From NCBI GenBank assembly GCA_964016885.1, contig CAXHJY010000017.1, positions 1 to 58,870 on the forward strand: a stretch of 58,870 nucleotides of DNA, read 5' to 3'. Origin of the DNA: Eledone cirrhosa. Taxonomy: Eukaryota. A program made the position numbers and the translations under genes. Positions 41,197 to 54,492 of the stretch are shown here, one piece after another (within the stretch, counting starts at the first letter, position 1; each line of letters begins with the position of its first letter). Under the pieces are notes generated by a model. It was given only the letters and a program-made list of their open reading frames with translations. It did no database searches and had not been told where the DNA came from.

Positions 41197-42869
41197 CGTG
41201 TGTGCGTGTGTGCGCGCGGCATACATAACAAATATGTATATATATGTGTGTCTATGGAAATATAAATGCCTGTATACATATATCTTTAGCTAATGTATAC
41301 ATATATCTTTAGCATACATGAAAGATGCTAATATTGGTGACGGGCCGAATTTAGACCTTTAGGAATCTGGGGCACTTCAGGTGTGGGGGATCCTCATACT
41401 CAAAAACAAAATAGACTACACACCAAACCCCCAATTTTGCATATCAAAGTCGGCTGGCTCAAGTAATTGGAACTGAAAGTTATATATACAGGTATCAAAT
41501 TAAAAAAAAATCTAACCATACTCATTTTACATCCACTTTTCACCCTAGCATGTGTTGAAGAGGCTGCTCATACATTACATATTCGGCAGGGTGTCTATGG
41601 CTGGATACCCTTCCTAACATAATCACTTTAGAGTGTTTACTGGGGGCATTGTTTTTGCAATACTACACAACCACTTTACACAGCGACACCAAATACTTTG
41701 TTCTCTTTACACCCTATTAAATTCGGAGACTCCTTCATTCTCACCGACAGAATAGTATCGTATCTACAACCACCCCATCAGAGGCCACCCATGGGTGGAA
41801 ACCACTGGCTTCCGGTGCGGATATTGTCAGAGAATCAATATACTAACAATGGACACCATATATGGTTTCTTATAGCGATTAAGGCTAGCTATCTTTGGAG
41901 GAGGGTAAAGTTGATTAAATCGACCCCAGTGCGTGACTGGTACTTTATTTTATTGACCACGTAAGGATGAAAGTTAACCTCGGCGGGATTTGAACTCAGA
42001 TCATAAAGGGCTGTAACTCTATGCTGCAAAACATGGCGTCGAACCCTCTACCGATACTGCCAATCCACCGCCCTAACAATGGACACCCTATATGCAAGGA
42101 CCAGACATTATCTCGAAATCCGACTTGATCGTGCTAATCCACGTTTTCAATCATCCGCCTCACCGTTTATGACATCATGGGAGGGGTCCGAGCGCAACTG
42201 CATAGCGGGGGAGTTCACTTTGTGAGCGGTGGAATGCGTGACCAAATCAAATGAGGCATTGTTTGAATAGAAGTTGTTGGAGGGAATTGATGACACAATG
42301 GCGATGAATTTGGCACAAAATCGAATATGTGAACATAGAGGATTCGATGAAAGAAAAAAATATTCAATATCTTCTAGCTGGCGTAAATCCATCGCTCATT
42401 ATTCACGTCCCTCAGTTATACATACATACATACGCACGTACACACATATATTCATACATACATACATACATACATACATACATACATACATACATACATA
42501 CATACTTGCATACATATATACATACATACATACGCACGTACACACATATATTCATACATAAATACACACATACATACATACATACATACTTGCATACTTA
42601 CTTGCATACATATATACATACATACACACATACATACATACATACATACATACATACATACATACATACATACATACATACACATACACACATACATACA
42701 TACATACATGCATACATACATACATACATACATACATACATACATACATACATACATACATACATACATACATACATACATACATAGCTAAATTACTTCA
42801 CAGCCAAACAATTACACCAACAATAAACGTTTGTTGAACGTAAAAATATCATAATCATTATTCAAAACA

Positions 42870-43310
42870 ATAATTGTTTCTACTTTTAGCACAAGGCCAG
42901 CAATCACCCAGTGTATTACTGGTACTTTATTCAAAACAATAATTGTTTCTACTTTAGGCACAAGGCCAGCAATTACCCAGTACATTACTGGTGCTTTATT
43001 TTATCGACCCCGTAAGGATGAAAGGCAAAGTCAACCTCGGCGGGTTTTGAACTCAGATCGTAAAGGGACGTAACTATGTTGGAAAGCATGGCGTCCGACC
43101 CTCTACCGATAGTGTGAAACATCTACAAATAACTTTTTCTACCTTTGGTACAAGGCCAGCAAATTACCCAGTACATTACTGGTACTTTATTTTATCGACT
43201 CCGTAAGGATGAAAGGCAAAGTTAACCTCGGCGGGATTTGAACTCAGAATGGCAAGGGCCGTAACTCTATGCGTCAAAGCATGGTGTCCGACCCTCTACC
43301 GATACTGCAA
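42870..43310 (-). mobile_element. SINE cluster; isolated copies also near 20330, 25071, 32470, 34820, 41864, 52690, 53005
   Basis: Same SINE consensus; the 41864 copy has TSD TAACAATGGACACC. Confidence 0.8.
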
Positions 43311-43319
43311 CAACACTAA

Positions 43320-45044
43320 GTGAGCATTCTCCTAAATCGGTGATGCAATCAACATGTGTCACAACAGGCTGCCAGGTTACTAGGTTTTCTCGAAACTAGT
43401 CCGACCATTAACAACAAACTACAACAATATACAGTCTTTTAAAACGGCCATGCCAGCGACAAATTTGACACCACGTGTCACAACTGACTTTACCTCGACT
43501 GCTATATCCCGCAATCCCGTTAACTATCGACACCAAAATGCTGTCAATGTTATTAATCCTACGATTAGCAGTGAAAGTGAAGAGTACAAACAGTTAAAAT
43601 ATATCTTTGTGGAAACTTTTGAAACCTCTCGAAAAAAGTCATAAAACAATATAAAACCAAATAGAGAAATTCTGCGTGTTGTCGACGAAATCGAGGGAGA
43701 GGGGAGATATTAACGACAAATTCAAGTCCTTAAATTTTGGCAAATGTAATGTTTGTCTTTATGCCCTAACAACTACAATAAAGCATTATCATGGTGATAA
43801 TAGAGATGTTAACAGAAAGAAAACAACAGAAAAATACCATCGTATATTTCGAAAATAGAAACAAAATCGCTGGCCTGCAGAAAACCATCGCCCGTGTGAC
43901 AATGCTTATCACATGGAAACAAAACCAAGGAAACTACCAACTACCAAGCATAGAAGCCCATTTTAGAACAAGTCTGTCTGCATGAAGTAGATAACATCAT
44001 GAGAGTTGAAAAGAAACTCCTTGAGAAATATTCCCTGTTTGATGACCAAAAATTCACACTCAGTGAAATTGCACAGTAATACCACAATGAATCCATGGAT
44101 AAAAAACCGCATCCTTATCAGCAAAAAATCATGTTTCTAGAAATCTTCAAAGTGAGAGCAATATTGATAAGCAAAGTAGTCTTTCTTGGGTATATTGGCT
44201 CTCACTTACAACAAAAAAGATATGGATGTAGGCAAAATACCAAAATGTGACAACTGATGTTACCCACATCATAAGCAGTTGTTTACAGATGTAATCACAA
44301 TACTATCTACCTATGAGACACGATGTAGTGACCAAAACACTATTCAATACAATCCGAAGAAAGGATAGTCCTGAAAATAAACATATAAAAATGTACAGTG
44401 ATGTCGAGGACATATGCATGCATAATATGAAAGGGTATTGGTGGAATGTTTCAGTTAATTCTCCAATAAAAGTAAACATAACAGACCAGTTATAGTGATA
44501 TGGGACAGAGAAATCAAGTCAAACAGAGTGGTCGGAATCAGCTTCCCAGCACATATTAATGTAACGCTAAAGTTTAGTGAAAAGGAGAACGTTTATGCTG
44601 ATCAAATGAGGAATCTGCAAATATTTATTTTTTTACTATACTTTTAGATTTGTACCTGTGACAATTACGGCTCAGGGATATGCTATTAAATTGCCTCGGC
44701 ACAAATGTTTAGCTGGGCTTCACAGAAACAGAAAAGGCACGGCTTGTTATGAAGTTGCAAGTATAGACCATTAATGGAACTGTAAAACTTTGTAAACATT
44801 TCAGAAATGCAGCATGTAATAACTGCATATACACATGTATACATACAGAGATATATGCACATGTACTCAAAACATACAGATCTACCCATGCAATAACATC
44901 CATACTTGCACACACACACTCACACACAAACACATACAGACAGACATATTTACCTAGTTGATATTGTCTAAATTCCAATAAAAGAGTTTTGTTTCTCTGT
45001 TAGAAGCCGGCTCTCTCAACTGATGAAATGTATAAAATCGAGAA
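43320..45044 (+). mobile_element. Degenerate, internally deleted R4-like element
   Basis: 43980-44820 aligns by eye with 1470-2410 (MRHDVVTKTL, YWWNV); related 3' UTR ending GAGAA|CATA. The 5' boundary is approximate. Confidence 0.75.
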
Positions 45045-45052
45045 CATACATA

Positions 45053-45093
45053 CTCTATTGGTAAAAATTTGTGAAATTATAAAACCAGAAGAA
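45053..45093 (+). mobile_element. 41-bp 3'-terminal stub of the R4-like element
   Basis: Matches ~2610-2649 (CTATTGGTAAAAATTTGTGAAATTATAAAACCAGAAGAA) between CATA repeats. Confidence 0.8.
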
Positions 45094-45166
45094 CATACAT
45101 ACATACATACATACATACATACATACATACATACATACATACATACATACATACATACATACATAC

Positions 45167-45582
45167 ATGGTGGCTGCCAACTCGTTTTCGAGTACGGCCA
45201 CTACTTTATATCCATGTAGGAGAAACCCTACCGATGCGCTGAACGAGTGTGACTTTTTAGTCTAGCCTGCGACATGAAAACTCTGGTACAAACACTACAC
45301 TTTTGACAATTATTGGCACATAGTGCTGGGCCCATGGTACCATGTGACAACAAGTGCAGAGAGATCTCCAGATATAAAGCAATACCTGTGCCGTGAAGCT
45401 TTTATAGTGAGCAAAGGCACTGCACAAAGCCAGTCCCACTCTTTTAACCAAGATGATATTTACCAAAAAGAAGAACAAGTCAACATCATTGGATACCATC
45501 AGGGTTGCAGGTGTTATATCAGAGTTTTCCTTCTCCTAGAATTCTGCCTTGACAAAGGCTAAGGGGTCATCTCTCCCGGAGA
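45167..45582 (-). mobile_element. RTE-derived non-autonomous element with (TATG)n tail
   Basis: The minus strand carries the RTE-type 5' motif CTAGGAGAAGGAAAACTCTGA, a C2H2-like remnant and a terminal hairpin before (TATG)n. Confidence 0.6.
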
Positions 45583-45655
45583 TACATACATACATACATA
45601 CATACATACATACATACATACATACATACATACATACATACATACATACATACAT

Positions 45656-46189
45656 AAAAGAAGGCATGCACAGTAGTGGAAGTCAGCTGCCCAGCAGATG
45701 CCAATATAATATCAAAGATTAGCGAAAAGGAGAATATTTATGCAGAACTAATGAGAAATCTGCAGATACCCTGCTTATACCTTTAGGTTTATGCCTGTGA
45801 TTATTGGGGCACTGGGATGTGTTAGTAACTGCCTCAATACACATCTTGAGAAGCTGCGTTTCACAGGAACAGAAAGAATACAACTAGTTAGGAAATTACA
45901 AGTACAATCCATCAATGGAACAATAAAAATATGTAAAACATTCCAAAAATGTTGCATCTAATAACTGCATATACACATGTACAGATACAAAGCATGCACA
46001 CAAACAACTCAAAACATACACATCCACACATACAATAACATCCATACCTACACATGCATGCATGCAGACATGCATACATCTCTACCTAGTTGGTGTTGTG
46101 TAAATTCCAATGAGAGAGTCTTGTGTCTATGTTAGAAACCGACTCTCTTTCTATTGGCAAAAATGTGTGAAATTATAAAACCAGAAGAA
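45656..46189 (+). mobile_element. 5'-truncated R4-like 3' fragment
   Basis: Highly similar to 2100-2649; CATA tracts on both sides. Confidence 0.88.
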
Positions 46190-46499
46190 CATACATACAT
46201 ACATACATACATACATACATACATACATACATACATACATACATACATACATACATACATACATACATACATACATAATGGCTGCCCCCTCGTTATCGGG
46301 TATGGCCATTGCATGATATACCATTATTAATAATTATTAATTAATTCTATCGTGCAATGCCTGTGTATGAAGATACTTTTTAAAGTGAGGAAAGACTGTG
46401 CACTGAACCAATCCCACTCTCTGGGATAACTCAGATATAAAACATACATACATACATACATACATACATACATACATACATACATACATACATACATAC

Positions 46500-47105
46500 A
46501 TGGTGGCTGCCAACTCGTTTTCGAGTACGGCCACTACTTTATATCCATGTAGGAGAACCCCTACCGATGCGCTGAACGAGTGACATTTTAGTCCAGCCAG
46601 CGACTTGAAAACTCTGGTACAAACACTACACCTGTGACAATTATTGACACATAGTGCTGGACCCATGCTACCATGTGATGACAAGTGCAGAGAGATCTCC
46701 AGATATAAAGCAATGCCTGTGCCGTGAAGCTTTTATAGTGAGCAAAGGCACTGCACAAAGCCAGTCCCACTCTCTTAACCAAGATGATATTTACCAAAAA
46801 GAAGAACAAGTCAACATCATTGGATACCATCAGGGTTGCAGGTGTTATATTAGAGTTTTCCTTCTCCTAGAATTCTGCCTTGACAAAGGCTAAGGGGTCA
46901 TCTCTCCCGGTGATTTTGGATGGCCATTGACTCTTAAGAGCTCCTTTGCCCTTTGACAAGTTTTGTTTTTAGTCCTGCAGGATGTCCAAAGTCACCCTCC
47001 TCACCAAGAAACCTTGGTGGGGTTGCCAGTTTAGTCGCCAACGACCCGTCCATGAGACAGGTTGTACTGGCATACATGTTACCGTAGCCCCAACTGGTGA
47101 CCTGA
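46500..47105 (-). mobile_element. RTE-derived non-autonomous element (longer copy; partial relative at 46277-46440)
   Basis: 46500-46910 is nearly identical to 45167-45579. Encodes CSVCTRVFKSLAGLKCH, resembling the C-terminal zinc finger of RTE-clade ORFs. Confidence 0.6.
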
Positions 47106-48024
47106 CATACATACATACATAGTACTCAATAGTATAGTTATATACATAGACAAGCAGATGGCTCCCTCACTGGAAGCCAATAACCAACGAAGCTATTATA
47201 TACCAATTTTGATATAAAACATCAGCAACGACGGTGCTCACATTTTGTTGGGTGGCTACTTCGTCAGAATATGTTGTCAGTCGCAGCTTTTTCACGCTGC
47301 CAACACTAGTACTCCCTCATTTCATCTTGGGTTTGTGTTATTTCCTGCAGCTACTGTTGCTGGTGTAATTGTTTTGTTTAGCCCAGGTCACCTCGGGTCG
47401 AATATATATACAGAGAAAGTGTTCCATCTGTAAACAAATAGAATTCCATTGTCCAATACGACCTTTTTTTTACTTTGAGATTGTTGGGTGTGATCTGTGG
47501 GATATTTAACTGTTGTTACTAATTCATATTGTTAGTGAGAGATAGAGTTGTTGAAAGTGTTGCTATTGGAGGAGGGGGTTGTGGCCGAATAGAGGCTCCA
47601 TTATTAACACCTAGATTTCAGATGCTTACAGACAACAGCCTACGTTTCTCTAGTGGTCTGACATCTAAGTACGAAATTTGCTCGAAATTGTGTTGTTTGT
47701 TACAAGCTTGAATTTTGCAAAGGACTTGGAACATACATGCGTAAACACATGCAAGCATAAATTTTGCAAAGGACTTAAAATATACATGCCTATATACATG
47801 TGAGCATAAATACACAGATACGTACATATATACATAGATGCATACATATATTACAAGTACTTAGGAAGATAGATAGATAGGTAGATATAAATAGATAGAT
47901 AGATAGATAGATAGTTAGATAGATAGATAGATAGATAGATGATCAGAAAGACAGACAGACAGGCAAGTAGATAAGTTGTGGGTGTTTATATAGGTAGATA
48001 GATAGATAGAGAGTGAGAGAGAGT

Positions 48025-48072
<48 letters not shown>

Positions 48073-48423
48073 CGGACAAACAGACAGATCAAGTAACATG
48101 CAACACTGAATCCTTATGGCTTCTGTTTTAATTGTACCGCATCTCTCGCATTGATGTAATTAAAAGTGATGAAGAAGAAGAAAAAACCAAACACGACTCA
48201 GAAAATTACGCCATTACTAGAATGTCCAAGGGGGATAGTGGAATAATTCTTCACATTGTTGTCTTGTAACTTCATTATCTCCATCAATTAGTAGCAATTA
48301 AATATTATAGCAAATTGCATGGGTATATATAGAGCTAGATAGAATACATGCACACAGATATATATATAGAGACATTTAGATATACATGTATTTATGTGTC
48401 TGTATGTATGTATACATTTATAA

Positions 48424-48502
<79 letters not shown>

Positions 48503-48601
48503 TGTGTGTGTGTATGTACTTATATATATATATATATGTGTGTATATATATATATATACATAATTATACATATATATATATATATATATAATTATACATA
48601 C

Positions 48602-48709
<108 letters not shown>

Positions 48710-49068
48710 ATATATACTATATATACATATAAACTACTGATTTACTGATTTATAAAAACGAATGCGTGTAGACGCAGATAGACGTATGTTTAAATGTATA
48801 TACACACAGACACACATATGCACATATACTGCACATATACAGTAATACACATATACACAGTGTCAGTACATCCAGCAATATCTGGCCGCCCTGATGGTCA
48901 GAGGATGACCAACGAGCATACGTAATGGTGGTGTTAGCTTTAATGAATGCAATTCCTACACACCTCCAAGGCACCACTTAACGAACTACTAATTGTTTTA
49001 TGACTTACTAGCCTAAATTAGAAGTGTACCTCTCTGCTGCGTCTATATGCATGTATGCTATGCATATG

Positions 49069-49237
<169 letters not shown>

Positions 49238-49240
49238 GTA

Positions 49241-49347
49241 TAAACGGAAAAAATGAAACGAAATTTCATTTCCCACTCTTAGTACGGCTGTTACTTAAAT
49301 ATAAGTATGTACACGTACATACATATATGTATACAGACGTACAGTAG

Positions 49348-49391
<44 letters not shown>

Positions 49392-49670
49392 CATGCACAC
49401 ATATATATATGTACGTATGGATTCACCGAACATGTATTATAAGCTCGGTGTGTTTGTAAACAAACATCCCGTATTAAGCTGTAGTGTCTAGCAACCATCG
49501 TTGCTCGTTTGTTCAACACTGACAAAGGAACGCTGTACTAGTTTCAAGCTTATTAGCTATCGTCAGCAACGTATACCCTCCTGCCAGATTGTTGAACGTA
49601 TATACTTACCTTATGCATATTAACGGCTGAGTAGCCCAATTTGCATATCGAGTGGGTTAATCGGCCGGTG

Positions 49671-49677
<7 letters not shown>
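49241..49677 (-). mobile_element. Diverged single monomer of the same 468-bp HHR family
   Basis: Collinear shared blocks with the array unit (AATGAAACGAAATTTCATTTC, ATACAGACGTACAGTAG, TTTGTAAACAAAC, GTTCAACACTGACA, TTAACGGCTGAG, AATTTGCATAT). Flanked by (TA)n. Confidence 0.85.
49530..49572 (-). ncRNA. Minimal type I hammerhead ribozyme (diverged copy)
   Basis: Minus strand ACGUUG-CUGACGA-UAGCUAAUAAGCUU-GAAAC-UA-GUA-CAGCGU. Confidence 0.88.
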
Positions 49678-49732
<55 letters not shown>

Positions 49733-49889
49733 AAATATATATATATCGGGTGCACCGATATATATATATATATACAAAATGTTATGAAAGGAAAGGAGCT
49801 GTGTGGTTACTAAAAATAAGGTTTAGGATGGTGGTTAGGACGGAACAGGAGGAGAAAAGAAGAAAGGAGTTTCCATCGTCAGCTGTAAA

Positions 49890-50024
49890 GAAGGTGTGGT
49901 AAGGAACCAGGTGGACCATAACGCACCAGAGTACTCGATATTTAGGGTAGTAGAGTGGGTAATAGGAAAAGAGTCAGGACTCCGACGGCTGAACACCGGC
50001 CGTTTCGACACCTGACTCTTTTCC

Positions 50025-50025
<1 letters not shown>
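49890..50025 (-). mobile_element. Family A copy (a further fragment lies at 50351-50411)
   Basis: Same body; minus strand GAAAC-GGC-cgguguuca-GCC-GUC; short inverted arm CCTGACTCTTTTCCTA. Confidence 0.7.
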
Positions 50026-50098
<73 letters not shown>

Positions 50099-50105
50099 GA
50101 TGTGC

Positions 50106-50172
<67 letters not shown>

Positions 50173-50267
50173 CACACACACCTACATACATACATACATA
50201 TGTATGTCTGTAAATATATATATGTGTGTGTGTGTATGTGGTGTGTATTTATGTATGTATATGCATG

Positions 50268-50304
<37 letters not shown>

Positions 50305-50310
50305 ACACAT

Positions 50311-50351
<41 letters not shown>

Positions 50352-50409
50352 ATGGAGGAGTTGTGGTAGAGAACCAGATGGACCATAACGCACCAGAGTA
50401 CTCAATACT

Positions 50410-50437
<28 letters not shown>

Positions 50438-50441
<4 letters not shown>

Positions 50442-50537
50442 GTATCTCCAAAAATTATATACAAACTTCAACAGCATTCTAATAAATATTGCCTGTACAG
50501 GTAATCAAAGTTTGTATGCATTTTTGCGGACACCTTG
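50438..50537. mobile_element. Same MITE family, degenerate
   Basis: CAGAGTATCTCC...GGACACCTTG; internal AACAGCATTCTAATAAATATTG shared with 18851. Confidence 0.7.
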
Positions 50538-51114
50538 TATATACAAAAAAAAAACTCCTACGTAGATGAAACTAATCTTCACTCTATCTATACATGGCCC
50601 AAGTGCCAAACATGAGTAGTTCTAGACCACCTTTTACACTATCAAATATGCATTGCCTCTATGTTGTGATATGGTATACATTCTTCATTGGAACCCTGTC
50701 AATATATAGTCTCCTTCAACGTCACAATGTCACCATCACTACACCCGTTAGATATATTGCAAATGCTAAGCCTTGCCATCGTTTGTGATCATTCCCGGCG
50801 ATTGCACATCCTTAACATAGAAAAAAAAAGAAAAAAAGCTAAGCTACATTATAAAATCTGGTGGTCGTCTGCGGAGTAAGAAAATATTTTTAACCCAGCA
50901 GTTACTAACCTCATACGAAAGTGTTGGACCAAGACATGTAGTTGAATATTTCCCCAGTATCATAGACAACCAAATATATAGTTACATAGTTATATATATA
51001 TTACATTCTTGATTATTTGCATATATACATATGAACATATATTATTTGTTAGGGTTTACTATATTTTATTAGCTTTGATTGCCTTATGGTTTATGTGCGT
51101 GTATATATACATAA

Positions 51115-51218
<104 letters not shown>

Positions 51219-51460
51219 ATATACGTATGTATATATTTATATATAAATACTTATACATATATATATAAATACATACACACACACATATATATATGTGTGT
51301 GTGTGTGTGTATGTATACATAAATGTATACATATATAATATATATATACATATATTTATATATATATATGTGTATGTATATATATATATATGTGTATATA
51401 TATACATTATGTATACATAAATGTATACATATATAATATATATATACATATATTTATATA

Positions 51461-51492
<32 letters not shown>

Positions 51493-51493
51493 C

Positions 51494-51543
<50 letters not shown>

Positions 51544-52309
51544 CTTATTGTTATTTGTATGTTTACTATTATTTATTATTTCATTATGTTGATTTACTAT
51601 TATCATTATTTTTATTGTTGTATTTAAGTATCGGTGTAAGTTAATATGTTATTGTTATTTTGTATTATCACAACGTTTGTTCTTTCCTTGTTATCCTTTG
51701 TTGTTGTTTTGGGTTTGTTTGTTTTGTTTTTGCTTTTGTTTTGTTTTGTTTTTTTTTGCTATTTTTATTATCCCATTTTTTTTATGTCTCTTGTTTCTAA
51801 TACAGATGCATCAATATTGCAACTTGGACTACAAAGAGCTTTTCAATGTAAATGCAATGATATAAAACTTTATTGAATTGAATTAATTTGAATAGAACAG
51901 AATAGAAATGGCGAAATTTATCTACCCCTTTCAACAGTAAACATGATGGAAGATGTAAATATATACGTAATATTAAATGTTATATTAGTCAACGCACACC
52001 ACACTTCACTATCGGCGAACTATACACCTGTAGCAATGTAGCAGTGTAATGAAATACTTAAAGGCTTAAAGTAATAAACCTTTTCAAACATATTTCCTTA
52101 TTATATGTCACTTTAGGGCGGTGATTTGGCAGAATCGTCAGAGTTTTGGAATTAATGCTTTGCGGTGTTTATTCTAGATCTTACAGACTAGTCTATAATA
52201 TAAAGCAAAGTTTATATTAATCTAAACACTTTCCGTCATAATTCTTTGTTTAGTTTAAAGGTCAATCACAAAAAAGACAGCATGACTGACCTTGACCATA
52301 GTTTCATTT

Positions 52310-52685
52310 TTGTTTGGGACGTCCAAATGAGTATCCTCCATCTCCAACTAACTCGTACCTGGCCGACAAGATGGAGAATACATTGCCCCGAAGGACAGTG
52401 AGCGAGACACGCTGAAACAGCCACTCTACCTCGCGGGGCCTTCACCTGCGGACGGCCATCTCCACTCCGATGGCAGTGAGTAGGGATGAGGTCCGGGGGC
52501 CAAGAACTCCGGAAGTCTCCACTGCTACAGTGTCAACCATAAACCTTGCAGAGAGCGGTCGATACTTGGACAGTTTGCCTTCTTCAGCTTGGTGGGCATC
52601 AGGGCCTGGGCTGGTAGCCGAATGCACCACGTTTCCACTAAAGTAGGTGACACAGCATGTGGTATACTAAATGAGGGGCCTACAT
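52310..52685 (-). mobile_element. CRE-clade RLE LINE 3' fragment
   Basis: AEEGKLSKY..AVETSGVLG..WLFQRVS..VLRGN endonuclease C-terminal pattern. Confidence 0.7.
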
Positions 52686-52783
52686 AAAATAGTGTACCAG
52701 TCAGGTACTGGGGTCAATATAATCGGCTTTCACTTCCCTCAAATTACTGGCCTTGTGTCTCAATAATAAATCCTTATTATAGG

Positions 52784-52834
<51 letters not shown>

Positions 52835-52843
52835 GCGTGCGCG

Positions 52844-52898
<55 letters not shown>

Positions 52899-53509
52899 GT
52901 GTGTGTGTGTGTGTATAGACCCCGAGTTAAATCAAGGGTAACCACAATTAAAAAGGTACTCAATACATTAGTAGAGTACAAACATCATTATTTAATATAG
53001 AAATGGCGATGGATTGGCAGTATTGGTAGAGGATCGGACGCCATGCTTTGCAGCATAGAGTTACACCCCTTTGCGATCTGAGTTCAAATCCCGTCGAGGT
53101 TAACTTTACCTTTCATCCTTATGGGGTCGATAAAATAAAGTACCAGTAATGCACTGGGTAATTGCTGGCCTTGTGCCAATTATTTAATATAGAAATGGCT
53201 TTCATTGATATGAAATTATCACATGTATAAACACACACACACATATATATATATACATATATACATACATGCATACATGCATAAATATACATACATACAT
53301 ATATACATAGATGCATACATACATAAATACATACATACATAGCATACATACATACATACATACATACATACATAGCATACATACATACATGCATCTATAC
53401 ATACATACATAAATACATACATATATGCATACATACATGCATGTATGCATACATACATACATACATACATACATACATACATACATGCATACATGCATAC
53501 ATGCATACA

Positions 53510-53542
<33 letters not shown>

Positions 53543-54492
53543 GCATACATACATAGCATACATACATACATGCATACATACATGTATACATACATATATA
53601 CATACATACATACAAACATACATACATGCATGTATACATGCATACATACATACATACATGCATGTATACATACATATATACATACAAACATACAAACATA
53701 CATACATACATGCATACATACATACATACATACATACATACATACATACATACATACATACATACATACATACATACGTACGTACATACATACATACATA
53801 CATACATACATACATACATACATGTATACTTACATACATACATGTATACATACATATAATGGCGACCGTTGTGGTCAGTGTCCGATAATCGGACGTATGT
53901 AATTACGGCTTACATGAAGGCAACATACCATATATTGGAAAAAGTTGAGCTACATTACGCGGTAAGATTACATACAATAATTCTACATAAGTGTTTGAAC
54001 TGTAAGTGTGTTGTAAAACACCTATTTATATGAGCGATACATACAGTTATGATATATGAACGATACATACACTTTAACATATAAATGCAACGTTGTTATA
54101 TTACATTTATAAAGAAATATACAAGTAACGTTTTCGATTCAGAAACAAAAAACATAAGTGTTTGAACTGTGAATATGTTGTGAATAAGTTGTAGAACACC
54201 TATTTATATGAATGATACATAAACTTTAACATATAAATACAGCGTTGTTATATTATATTACATTCATAAAGAAATATACTAAATAACGGTTCTTTTTGTT
54301 CTCGATTCAAACGATTCAAGAACAACGTTTAAAACACAGTTGTAGAATTAAAAACTAACTGAAAAGAAATATTACCCAAGCTGTGAATAACTTTAAATTT
54401 GATTCTGACAGAACTTTGTCGAAACTTTTAAAGAAGATCATCGACTATTTTGAAAAATAAATACGAAATATTAGTGAATAGACGAACTCATC

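Noticed and set aside
49855-49890. Minus-strand CUGACGA-UG-GAAAC
   Set aside because: No stem II and no matching stem I or III partner.
53858-53930. HDV-like ribozyme at the R4 5' end
   Set aside because: Hairpins are present (GACC/GGTC, GTCCGA/TCGGAC) but I could not build the nested double pseudoknot.
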